From assembly GCA_051294375.1 (NCBI GenBank), contig CM119268.1, forward strand, positions 16,107,682-16,171,527: DNA of 63,846 nucleotides. The letters are read 5' to 3'. The notes beneath the pieces were generated by a model, which saw nothing but the letters and a program-made list of their open reading frames with translations, made no database searches and was not told the DNA's origin. Positions within the stretch are counted from its first letter, which is position 1, and each line of letters opens with the position of its first letter. Of this stretch, positions 31,898 to 43,279 are shown piece after piece. The stretch is from Paraspadella gotoi. Its lineage: Eukaryota; Animalia; Chaetognatha. Both the position numbers and the translations under genes were made by a program.

Positions 31898-32031
31898 GTG
31901 AATAGAGCTTTTTTGTGAAAAAAACAAATTATATCTATTTAAATAAACTTTTTTTAGCAAGTCAATCCATGTTATTTTGATGTAATTGTCTTAACTTTAC
32001 GCTAACTGCATCCTATCTCCACTCCCCTCAG

Positions 32032-32316
32032 GCTCTGCCCGGCCCTGATTCAGCAGGCGGTCACCGACGCCTGCGCCTCCAACATCACGGCCACGCCCAC
32101 CGAGCGTCCCTCGCTCACCAAGATCTACGGCTACGGATTCTTGGCGACGCTCGCTGTCACTCTAGTCTCCCTCGTAGGCATCGTCGTCGTCCCGCTGTTG
32201 GGCAAGAGATTTTTCGACAGCATGATCTCTTGCCTGATCTGCCTGGCGATCGGGACCATGCTGGGCGACGCGCTCTTGCATCTGATTCCGATCTCGCTGG
32301 GTCTGCACAGTCACGG
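32032..32316 (+). CDS. SLC39A12: ZIP12/ZIP4-like, PAL motif and TM1-2 exon
   Basis: LCPALIQQ (LIV-1 PAL motif)...IYGYGFLATL...LAIGTMLGDALLHLIP; branch point gctaac and cag acceptor. Not in the supplied ORF track. Confidence 0.95.
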
Positions 32317-32613
32317 GTGAGAGGAGGGTATTTGTGAAGTGAAGGGGAAAGAAAAGAGATAGGTAAGAAATGAAGTTTGATTCTATTCTGCACTTGACTT
32401 TTAGTCATTTTCGCGTCATTTAATTTCATAACTAATCTTGTCGAGGCAGAAGTAAATAATAAAATCTAATGATTTAATTTAATGATTTATTGAAATTTAA
32501 TGAAAATAAAACTAAACTAATCTGTTTCCAGGTACGATTAAATTATGAAGGAGTATTTAAAAAAAAACTTTTTGTATAGTATTATGATCCAAAGAAATTG
32601 TTGATTACCCCAG

Positions 32614-32885
32614 CCCACACGAAGACGAACACACACACAATCATGACACCGACTTTGTGTGGAAAATGTTCGTCCTATTCGCCTCCATTTATTCCTTCTT
32701 CCTCATCGAGTCTCTCTTCTCTCTCTTCGCCAACAAGTGGCGCGGGGACAAAGTCGACCAAGGACCAACTCCTCAATCCCACCACTCTCATCACTCTCAT
32801 CACACTCATCACTCTCATAACACTCCTCACTCTCGTCAGATTGTCCCCAAAGACCTGAACTCGAGCAAATCCGAGGACGAAACCG
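32614..32885 (+). CDS. SLC39A12: ZIP12/ZIP4-like, TM3 and His-rich cytosolic loop exon
   Basis: PHEDEHTHNHDTDFVWKMFVLFASIYSFFLIE...SHHSHHSHHTHHSH; phases consistent. Confidence 0.92.
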
Positions 32886-33098
32886 GTATAGTGAAAAAAA
32901 AATTGTTTTCTCAGATTTTACGTTTTGTTAAGTTAAAAAGAGAAATTTTGTGAGAAGAAAAAAAAACAAAACAAAACAAACTGTGAAATAAATAAAGAAA
33001 TAATTTTCTTTAAAACATCTTTTTCCAATGCCCTTCTTGCACAGCCGAGGAGTCCAGGGAATTAAAAATGAAATTAGTATTTTAATCTTTTCTGTTAG

Positions 33099-33199
33099 AA
33101 AAGCGAATCATTCCGCTGGAAAATTTTGGAAAAGCAAAGATGACAGAAGGCCTAACAAACGGAGGTTTTGATGGTCTGGATGAATCGTGTTTGACCCTC
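33099..33199 (+). CDS. SLC39A12: ZIP12/ZIP4-like, variable loop exon (tentative)
   Basis: gttag| KRIIPLENFGKAKMTEGLTNGGFDGLDESCLTL |gtgaga gives the phase 1 to 0 bridge needed to include 33277-33337; no conserved motif. Confidence 0.6.
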
Positions 33200-33276
33200 G
33201 TGAGAAAATATAGATGATTAAAAATAAAGATTTTCTCATTTACTGTAAATTAATTAGTTAAACTTTTTACCTCCAG

Positions 33277-33337
33277 GACGATTCGGAAAGTAATCTTAAA
33301 ACGCACAAATCTTTTCAAGCGTCGGCTACTATATTCG
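33277..33337 (+). CDS. SLC39A12: ZIP12/ZIP4-like, variable loop exon (tentative)
   Basis: ctccag| DDSESNLKTHKSFQASATIFG |gtaaga, strong splice sites, phase 0 to 1. Confidence 0.7.
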
Positions 33338-33424
33338 GTAAGAGTTAAGTAAACTAATTACTATTATTATTTAATAAAAACAACTAAGTTTAATCGCCAC
33401 TTGTTACTGGTTTTGCTTGTCCAG

Positions 33425-33676
33425 GAGTTCCCTCGGTCTCCGCCCTCCTCTTGTTCGGAGACTTCATCCACAACTTTATCGACGGCGTCGCCATCGCCGT
33501 CGCCTTCTCCGCCTCCCTTACCGTCGGGTGGACGACCGCCTTGGCGGTGCTGCTCCACGAGTTGCCCCACGAGTTCGGCGACTTTGCCGTCTTCATCGCA
33601 TCGGGGATGGGGTACAAGAAGGCGTTGCTGCTCAATCTCGTCTCGGCACTGTCTGCCTTGATCGGATTCTTTTTGG
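33425..33676 (+). CDS. SLC39A12: ZIP12/ZIP4-like, TM4-6 metal-site exon
   Basis: GDFIHNFIDG (TM4) and HELPHEFGD (LIV-1 HExPHExGD motif, TM5). Confidence 0.97.
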
Positions 33677-33893
33677 GTAAGGATGAGGATTGGGTGAGGT
33701 GAAGGTAAGTTGAGCAGCTGGGCTAGTTTGAGGCCAGGGGTAAGTACTAGGTAGAAGACAGCGAGACAGGAAAATGAAAACCTTTGTCCTTTGTTTCGTT
33801 CTGCTGTGAGATTGTGTTATGTGAGATTGTATGTGATTTTGTGCTATTGCGAGATCAATCCCTCGTTCAATCTCTCCCATTGCATTGCGACAG

Positions 33894-34111
33894 GCGTCCA
33901 AGTGGCCACGGACGAGTCCGTCCAGAACTGGTTGATGGCGATCACCGCCGGGATGTTCCTTTACGTCTCTCTGGTCAACATGTTGCCCGAAGTCATGCAC
34001 AACAAATCCTCGACGCTTAATGGATTCCTTTTGCAAAATCTGGGAATTTGGACTGGCGTCATTGTTATGTTGATCATAGCCATTTACGAAGATGAACTGC
34101 AGGGACACTGA
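33894..34111 (+). CDS. SLC39A12: ZIP12/ZIP4-like, terminal exon (TM7-8)
   Basis: WLMAITAGMFLYVSLVNMLPE...FLLQNLGIWTG...IAIYED..*; AATAAA at 34263-34268. Confidence 0.95.
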
Positions 34112-34696
34112 TGTGCTGGGCTTCATTTTATCTCTGTTTCTTTTAGTTAAATTTAGTTTAATTTAATTTAATTTAATTTCAATTTATTTTAACGTTAAAT
34201 CTAACGGTTTTCAATTTAAACGAATTTCAGTGTTTTTGTTGTTCGTAATTTTACATGAAAGAAATAAAAATATTACTCTTTACCGATGTTAGTTATAAAA
34301 ATATGGAAAGGGTGAAATTTAAAATAAAATGTCTGACAGGCGCAAGAGAAAATTGTCACTTTTTTCACTTCCGATCTAGTCGGGCGATGACGCAACAACA
34401 GCGCCGCCGTCGACGGCGAAACGGAAAAAAAATAAATAAAAGGGAGAAATGAAAGAAAATAATTAAGTTAATGAAAAAGTTTTTTTAGCGTAAAAATAGG
34501 AGAGAGAGAAAACGTCTTTCACCGCCAGGAGGAGAGGCGCTGCTCACGGCTGCGGAGAGAGAAATGAATAGTTAAAAAGAAAAAGAAGAGAGAAAAATTC
34601 AAAAGAGAAACTTTTCAAAAGCGATTTTCTTTCATTCTTTCTCTCCTTTTTTTATTACTTTCTTTCTCCATGTCTTTCTTTCTTTTTTATTTTTTT

Positions 34697-34788
<92 letters not shown>

Positions 34789-35065
34789 TTCATTTTTTAA
34801 TCTCTCCCTTTCTCAGTTGTTTTCATTTTATTCCTTCTCTTTATATATATTCTTTCTTCTTTTTACCGTCATACCATTTTTCTATCTTTCTTTCTATTTT
34901 TTATTTCTTTCTTTTCTTCTCGCATTACCGTTTCTTATTTACTTAATGACGAAAAGAGAAGAAAGAAAGATAGGGGAAAAAAAGTCCAAGTCGTTCCCGT
35001 TTTCTCTCGTGGTATATAACTCTTCCCTAATTGAATCTGCCATTTCGAGACAAAAAGAAAGGCAA

Positions 35066-35121
<56 letters not shown>

Positions 35122-35380
35122 AGCCTTCGTTTTCACACTACCTTCAACAGCCCATTAAAAGTAAAACCGAAAAGAGAATTCCCCGAAGTTAGGATAAACT
35201 TGTCTTCAATAATTTGAAAAAAAAAAAAAATCAATCAAGGATATGCTACGGGTCACCGCCTTTCAAAAAAAAACACACTTTTATAGTTTATATAGCAAAT
35301 TAAATGGAAGAATATTATTACTACCAAAGTTGTTCCGCGTCATTATTACGTTTTCTTTCAAACTCTTGACTTTATTCCGT

Positions 35381-35510
35381 CGAAAAAGAATGGAATCGAA
35401 AAAGAATGGAATCGAAAAAGAATGGAATCGAAAAAGAATGGAATCGAAAAAGAATGGAATCGAAAAAGAATGGAATCGAAAAAGAATGGAATCGAAAAAG
35501 AATGGAATCG
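35381..35510. repeat. Perfect 16-bp tandem repeat (cgaaaaagaatggaat) x8
   Basis: Directly visible, homogeneous, no spacers. Confidence 0.95.
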
Positions 35511-35630
35511 TCTTTGGGTTCATCTTCTCGAATATTAAAGTTAAGCTCCTTTTCTGACTCCAGAAAAACCATCACTATTCTCTTTCTCTTTTAATGACTG
35601 TTTTTGATAGATGAGTGGACGTGGGAATTG

Positions 35631-35736
<106 letters not shown>

Positions 35737-36628
35737 CCAAAAAAATTGCTCTGGAACTACCGATTAAGCTGCAAAAAAGTTTGTTTGAGCCTTTAAACCG
35801 GAAATGTTACAAGTGTTAACCAGTATACCTCTTATCTGCGCTGCTAGTACTCGTTTTATCTAAAAACGATAATCATATATTTAGATTTTTTCTTTTTCTT
35901 AATTAACAAGTTATAATTTAATTAAAAGCAAAATCGAAACCAAATTTAAAAAAATATGCTAGAGTCGTTGACGCTACAAATTATCTCTCGTGTGACAGGA
36001 AAACGTCACCCAGGAAATTTTATTATTCATTTTTTGTTTCAATATTTTTTTATTATTTTTTCGCATTTTAACTCATTTTTTTCTCCTCTTTCGGTCGGGG
36101 CACAACGATTGCAACATTAGGATAAAAATAAGAAACTTATATTATCACATCCTGTAGAGTATCTCTTCTCTACTGTTATTCACAATTCACAAAACCTCTC
36201 ATCTTAACCTGAAACTTAGACAATAAAAAACCGGAGTCTGTAACCGTCTGAAGGAGTGATGTATCGACGGGTTAAAAAAAAAGCCCACCAGATGGCGAAC
36301 GAAGGAAATGTCGGAAAAACAAATGACTCAGTGAGTTAAAGACAAATATGTCGACGGAAAACCGGTCCCTCATCTCATAAATATTATTGGTTTTGGTTCT
36401 GCTTCAATTATATGTTTAAAGTTACACATATTAAAATGAATATTTTTCAAATAATAATTAAACATAAATATAAAGAAACAAAATAGAAATGTACATCTAA
36501 GTATCAAAAAGAAAAAAAAGAAAAATGAGAGAAAAGTACGAAAAAAAGAGTAGATATTGAGCAGGCGGTCCATAAAAAATGCGAAAGAAACAAAGAAAAA
36601 TAAGCATTAAAAAATTTGATTGAAAAAT

Positions 36629-36719
<91 letters not shown>

Positions 36720-36919
36720 AAAGAAAACAAAGAAATTGGGAAATCTGGGCTGAGAATTTCCCGCTTCTTCTTCGCCTCTCGTCTTCTCTTTTCCGCTCCT
36801 CATTAATATTTGCCGCAAACACAAACCATACGTTGTTAAAGGGAAAAAAAAATAAACGCCGAAAAAAAAATGCATTAAAATTTAGCGAAAAAAAAAGAAG
36901 CATGGCGAAATGGATATGA

Positions 36920-37075
36920 GCGAAAAGGGGAGGAAAAAAATGGGAAAATAGAGGGTAAAAGGGAAGGAAAAAAAGGGAAAATGGCGGGGAAAAGGGGAGG
37001 AAAAAATGGGAAAATAGAGGGTAAAAGGGGAGGAAAAAAATGGGAAAATGGCGGGGAAAAGGGGAGGAAAAAGGA
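36920..37075. repeat. Purine-rich minisatellite of about 33 bp with alternating variants
   Basis: aaaaggggaggaaaaaaatgggaaaat followed alternately by agagggt or ggcgggg. Confidence 0.8.
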
Positions 37076-37281
37076 GGTAAAAAAGTCAACTTTCTTCGTC
37101 ATAATTAGATTCTTGCTCAGGATTCACGACGCAGATGGCGAGAAAAAAGGAAGAAGGAATACATTAAAAAAAAAAGGAAGAAGCAAGCAGAAAAAAGGGG
37201 AAGAAAGGTTTCAATCAACAAAATTCCATTATAAAATGCGATAACTTCCCGTGAAATTCGTTCGCAAATAAAATAATCTAG

Positions 37282-37524
37282 TGTGGCGAATCCTAAATTT
37301 GCCTCCCGTATAGCTCTCTGAAAGAGAGCTCACACCATTGGCTCGGACAGCTAAGTCCTCGTTCGCCAACCGTGATTTCCGGGTTCAATCCCCTTGCGAT
37401 GTCTCCGGTTAAAGTGTGATGGTGTCGGCATAAACACGCCGGTGACATAGGGGTGTCTCGCTCAGGTCTAAAGCCCTGAGCGCCAGCTGTCGGGAGATGC
37501 CCGGGCATCACACATGTCGCCTCA
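37282..37524 (+). mobile_element. Solo LTR-like element, family 2
   Basis: TGTGGCGA...TCGCCTCA (TG...CA with short inverted termini); shares the 5' hairpin, CCATTGGCTC and GAGATGCCC..GGGCATCACA blocks with family 1; no clear TSD. Confidence 0.72.
37411..37482 (+). ncRNA. Putative twister ribozyme (family 2 LTR)
   Basis: AAA-P2' GUGU-GA-T1' UGG; P1 UG(UCGG)CA; U^AA (37431/37432); P2 ACAC; T2 GC; P3 GACAU/GUGUC; P4 CGCUCAGG/CCUGAGCG with loop U-CUA-AA-GC. All twister core nucleotides present. Confidence 0.8.
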
Positions 37525-38221
37525 TATTCATACTATAATTTTTGTTTTCAACGATTAATTGATAACCTTCTTCCCTAGCGTCGTTAGGCAATTAGTTAGA
37601 GAGATAACGAGTTTATTTACTTTTTGTTTTATTATTATTTTTTCGTTATAAACCTCAGATTTAACTAGAGAAAAAACTTTTTAAAAAAGGCGATCGGAAA
37701 TGCAGAGTCACGTTTCTTTCTTTTTTCCCCCCCCGTTTCAAGTTTACTCGCCCCCAATATCTTTTCTTTCTTTTTCTTTAATTCGCTTTGTAATTATTTT
37801 TTCCACTCTATTTTCGCTCGTGTTTGTTAACATGTTATGGGCAAATTGGGCATTATGGCAACAGCCGGGTTGCCTGTGAATGCCTTGGGATGGTGCATCT
37901 CACTGTTTGAGCTTTGGGGGCTTCCCGACCCTCAGTGACGCCTCAGTCAGCTGGCTGGCGGTTACCCTAGGACGTCTCGCTTTGCCAACGGCAGAGGAAG
38001 GTCGTTGAGACCTGGGATGGAACAACTAACGCTTGGATGGGTGTTCCCCCTCTGAGCCGAATGGATTTGGCCTAAGGACGGTGGACGTGATGGCAGTGTG
38101 AATATACCGCCAAGGATTCCCCGGGCCAAGACATCGACTCAGCGTTCCTCAAGCCTGAAGAGTGTGTCTGACAAGACTTGTTAACCATAGTGGGAGAGAG
38201 AGAGGAGCGCTGAGTTTGTGG

Positions 38222-38316
38222 GGCATAGGCGTTTGTCGTAGCGTACCCCAGGGGCATAGGCATTTGTCGTAGCGTTACCGAAGTCGGCAGGGCATAGGCG
38301 TTGTCGTAGCGTACCC
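38222..38316. repeat. Three copies of a 25-27 bp unit inside the miniature LTR element
   Basis: ggcataggc(g/a)tttgtcgtagcgtacc repeated 3 times with short spacers. Confidence 0.9.
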
Positions 38317-38318
38317 TG

Positions 38319-38351
38319 GAAGGTTGCTGTGTTCGATAGTAGGGCTCACCA
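38319..38351 (-). promoter_or_regulatory. Extended primer-binding site complementary to the 3' part of a tRNA-Trp-like tRNA
   Basis: Plus strand reads gaaggttgctgtgttcgatagtagggctcacca, compared with the recalled metazoan tRNA-Trp 3' part gaaggttgcgtgttc...cggggtca-cca; includes the post-transcriptional CCA. Confidence 0.72.
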
Positions 38352-38730
38352 CTGTATGGGCAACAGCCGGTGTTGCCTGTGATGCCATGTGGGATGGGGC
38401 ATCTCACTATTGGCTTTGGGGCTTACGACCCTCAGTTGACGCCTCCAGTCACTGCGCGGTTGTTTACCTAGGACGGTCTCGCTTTGCCAACGCAGAGGGA
38501 AGTCGTGAGGACTGGTGGATGGAACACTTACGCTTGGGATGGTGTGTTCCCCCTCTGAGCCAATGATTTGGCTGAAGGACGGTGGACGTGAGGCAGTGGT
38601 GAATATACCCGCACAGCATAATCTTTATATTATTTCTTAACTTTCGCTCGATGACCTAAATTTACATTGTAAGTACAGTCTTTGAAAAAAAAAATAATTG
38701 TTGTTTCGAGCGCCAACCACATTATTTGAA

Positions 38731-38798
<68 letters not shown>

Positions 38799-38961
38799 TC
38801 TCTCTCTCTCGCTTCGCCACGACGACATCGAGGACGGGAAATTACGATCTGAATCGAGTCGTAATTCTTTCCAACCTTCATTCAACGTCATAAGGAATTT
38901 ATGGTGTTTTTCATCGGGGATCCTCATCATGTACAAGATGGAGATTGTCCGCTAGAGAGAG

Positions 38962-39025
<64 letters not shown>

Positions 39026-40144
39026 AGAGAGTGAGAGAGACTGCCCTCACTTTTATATACTTGATGTAGAAGCTTTGTTCTCAACCTCAATGTCAATTCA
39101 TGATCTTGCGAGAAAATCTGATTACGATCGTTATCTCATTTGCCTTTGGGAGACTTTTTCCTTTCAGGTTTAACGACTTTCCATTCTTATGACATACTTT
39201 ATCAATTAAATTAAATTAAATATCAACGAATTTTAGCCGCGCAACCGAAATAAAAGGTTAAGGTCCGAGATAGAAATGAATTCGTTTTCCCTAACCTCAC
39301 CCTCTATTCTCCTTACCCTCTCGCTCCCCTCTCCCAAGGGGCTCGAGTCATCTCCCCCGCCGCCCCCTGAATTTATCGCCCGTGCGAGGAGGCGATTATG
39401 GGCGAAGAGGCGGAGAGGCGGCGCGAAAACGACGATAACCAAATGAAAGACTCATTGTTGGCCCATTTCCTCGCTGGAAGTAACGTTAAGGAGGGAAAGG
39501 GTATGGGGGGAGGGAATCGCAGCGACGGATGTTTTCTTGAGAAAATGTGGACAGAGAGCGGACCGCCATATCACGGAGAATGAAGTAAGTTGGCCCGTTC
39601 GGGAGTAAAACCATTTCTAAGAAATCACGTGCCGCAACGCCCATTCTGTCGCTTGCAACTATATTAACGTTAGATGTTAAAGAAGGATTGCGAAGATGAC
39701 AAGAAAGAAGAGAGGACTGCTTTGTACCCATCGACCCATGGGGTAAATATATACATGGCAAGGAGGGGGAAAAAACGGAAAAGGTTCCAGGCTTAAAAGG
39801 GAAGCGGAATCGTTGAGCGTGGAACCATTCCGAGTCTCGTAGCGAAGGCGTTGACGGATTAGGTAATGGCTTTTCCATCGACTTCCGCTAAAGACCAGGA
39901 ACATCACCATATCGACCTTTTCCCCCATCACCCCATCAACTCCGTCAACCAATTCCTCTTTCTCTCTATCGGTCTCATCTGGTCTGGTTATTCCCGAGTC
40001 CAGATCCCCGTTTTGCTGTCCAGTGTCCAATGAGGCCTGCTGTTGCTCCTGGTTCTTCCCGCTTTCTCCTTTCCTCTTTCGCTAGTCGCTCAGCTCCCCT
40101 ACCTGAGCGATCCGCTGTTACTCCTGATGGTTCCTGGGAGAATC

Positions 40145-40190
<46 letters not shown>

Positions 40191-41654
40191 TTCTCTCTCT
40201 CCCATTCTTTCGCTTTGTGAGGACACGCGATGCATATTGATGACGGCGACGACGATTTCGACGATTACGACGACGACAGCGACAACAACAACGACGAATG
40301 AGGGTTTACTGTCCTATTTTACATCCGCTTCTTTCCCCTCCTCCACCCATCCTCACCCATCCCCCACCTTTTTCTCCCTCTTACCTTTTTTTTTAAATCT
40401 CATTAACATTCGCAACCATTTTGTTTTCTTTCAAACAAATGAAAGATAATGAGTCTGATTTGTGAAGGGATTAGCTTTCATTAATCTTATTCAGATTCCC
40501 ATCCTCTTTTTTTTTCTATTTACTTATTTCTCTACCATCTTTTTTGAATTTTATCTTTTAATTTGAAAGGTAAAAAGGTTTCGAAAGAGATTTTGATGTT
40601 GTATTACTGATTGTGGCGACTTTTTTCAAACCGCGCGCGTTTTATGACACTGTCTCATTGTCCAGTGTCTACTGTCACGGGTCGAAGAACCCATCGGATT
40701 TCTTTGCTCTGGAACACGAGTGACGCTCATACATACTTTTTATATCGTTTTAAATTTTGATTTACGTCTTCATTTTCTTTTGAATCTCGTTTATATTTCA
40801 TATTTTATAAAATAAAATTAAATGACAAAGACTATGATTCTCTTTTTCCCCCATGTGAACGACTCACAATTCCCAGACAATAGAAGTTGACAGGCGTCAT
40901 TTTCGTCAGACGTCACATTTGTCAGGCAAAATCGTCGAAACGTCAGTGAACGAATCATCTGACGTCGTCTTGTCCTTTAAAGTTTACTCTCTACGGTTTT
41001 AACGGAAGGCAAAGAGAAGGGAAGCTCAAAAAATCAAGAAGAAAAAAAAGGGAAAAGTGGAATTTCGATCCTTTTCTCGAACAACGAAATGTGCCAGGTC
41101 AACACAACCGAATCACCTTCCCACCTTAAAAAAACATTCTGAGCAGGCCTCTCAAGCTTTATTAAGTGAGTCAAGTCAAATCAACTGCTCTGTGCGGCGT
41201 CGGAGGCGGCGGAGGCAGCGGCAGCGGCGACTCCGAACCGATGGTAAACTGATCGATGAAGCAGTGAACGCAGTGAGCGGAAAAAAGCATCACTTGTTAA
41301 CAGAAGAGGGCTGTGCGTTAGAAAGACGAAGCGCGAATTTCGTAAAAGCTAATTATTGATTTTTCGACGTATTAAATGAATTTTTCGCTCTCATATGCTT
41401 TATTCTATCGAGCGTGAGCTTTTAGTCTGGGTATATTTAGTTTTGTTTGTTCCAATCGACAATTTATGTATTAAATTCACACTCCACTGGGAGCAACTCT
41501 CTCCAGCTTGTGCTCCACTAAGAGCTCCTGGAGGATCTCCAACCTTTCATCCCTTCCATTTTTTTTTCCTTAGCAAAATAACAAGTTTTAACGAGACGGC
41601 GGATTTTCCTCCGGCATTTTCACCGATAACCGGCAACGACGAATGGATAAAGAG

Positions 41655-41720
<66 letters not shown>

Positions 41721-41895
41721 AGAGAGGAGAGAGAAGAGAAAATGGAATCCAGCCGCACGGAAAAAACATTAGAGGAAACTCGAATGAACGGGAGATAAAA
41801 AAAAAGAGAACAATTTAACTAAACAGAACTTAGACAAAGAAGTTTTGATGGGAAGGCATTAGCGTTGGCCTAGGAAACCACGATGCGCCGTAATT

Positions 41896-41932
<37 letters not shown>

Positions 41933-41941
41933 TCTCTCTCG

Positions 41942-41975
<34 letters not shown>

Positions 41976-42148
41976 TTGATTCGCTCTGGTTATAATCACC
42001 TATCGGCAAAAAACACTCATTTTCTATCTTCAACTCTCTCTCTTTCTCTCTATCTCTCATTCCCTCTTTTTCTCACACACTTTTGATTTATTATTAAAAT
42101 CTTTTTTTCACTAAAAAAAAACTTCGCAATCCCTTCGCAGGTTTTCTG

Positions 42149-42186
<38 letters not shown>

Positions 42187-42207
42187 CCTCTCTCTCCTCT
42201 CTCCTCT

Positions 42208-42234
<27 letters not shown>

Positions 42235-42240
<6 letters not shown>

Positions 42241-43248
42241 TTTCCCCGCTTCCACAGTTAATCAATTTTTTCGCACCCATTACAACGTAATTTATTACTA
42301 CGTAATTTATTACCTCGCGGCTTTTTTTTCGTAGATTATCTGGGAAAACGGGAGAAGGAAGGAGCGGAGAAGCGCGATACATTTTCATTAGCGCCTTTAA
42401 TAATCACCATCAGCTTCGCAATTCTCTCCCTTTTCTCTTTCCCCGTCTTTTCTTGGAAAAAAAGATTTCGGGAGATGTTTGTCTTATCGGAAAACCGAAA
42501 GTGCACGACTTGATAATAATATTTTTTATTCGTATTCAAAAGTCGCAAGGTTATAATCACATATGTCATAGATACGCAAAGTTTCTTTAGTTATACATGT
42601 ATCGTATGACCTAATCTTATAATTTTATAATTTGACGCGCCAAAAAAAAAAAGCCACTATTGCACTTCGTGTCACACGCATTGCCATTTTCGTGCCCATT
42701 TTTTCTTGCCGTCCCTTCTCCAGCATTTTCCTCTAGTTCCAAAACTCTTTCGCCTCCTTGAATTTTTGATGGGGACTTTCAAACTTCATTAAGCGTCGTC
42801 GTCTTCGCTGGAAGAGGCATTCGTCCTGCGAGGATTACTTCTTCTTCGTCGTCGTTTTCGTCGTCGTCGTCGACGTCGTCTGCCTCGTCGTCGTCTGCCC
42901 ACGGCAACGTGCTCTTTCTCCTCCATTCGATTTCATTCGTTATCGTCATTGTCAAGGATCATCGCTTTTCATTCGATATTCATTAGGCCCTTTTGTAATT
43001 ATCATCATTATTGTTTGAATTAATGATTGGTTGTTTTTTTTTATCTTTTTGTTAGTCCAAAATTCGTTTTAACTATTTTCATTAATGACACATCTAATTT
43101 CTGTTGTTTTTTTACTTTTTTTACTTTCTTTCTTTTGGCCTTACCTGCCAAATTAGTCATTAAAAATTATTTTAACTTCACAAAAAATATCCCTGCCGTC
43201 GTATATTTTTTTTTGTTGTCGTTATCACCCGCGATGTCTTCGTCGTCG

Positions 43249-43279
<31 letters not shown>

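Larger units (their letters stand above)
37854..38615 (-). mobile_element. Complete non-autonomous miniature LTR retroelement (TRIM/retrozyme-like), family 1
   Basis: Direct repeats of about 260 bp (37854-about 38113 and 38355-38615), about 240-bp non-coding interior, 4-bp TSD GCAT (37850-37853 / 38616-38619), TGG-starting PBS 3 nt after the 5' LTR on the minus strand. Confidence 0.9.

Noticed and set aside
35381-35510. CRISPR-like array
   Set aside because: Identical contiguous units with no unique spacers, no cas genes, and a eukaryotic context.
37276-37305. Helitron 3' end (hairpin + CTAG on the minus strand)
   Set aside because: The hairpin is the LTR 5' hairpin shared with family 1, whose copies lack CTAG and have 4-bp TSDs.
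38319-38351. tRNA gene
   Set aside because: Only a degenerate 3' portion with encoded CCA adjacent to an LTR, which fits a PBS rather than a gene.
38800-40140. Possible exons of another gene (e.g. 39521-39583 ending in gtaagt)
   Set aside because: Short frames with no recognisable homology and no consistent exon chain.
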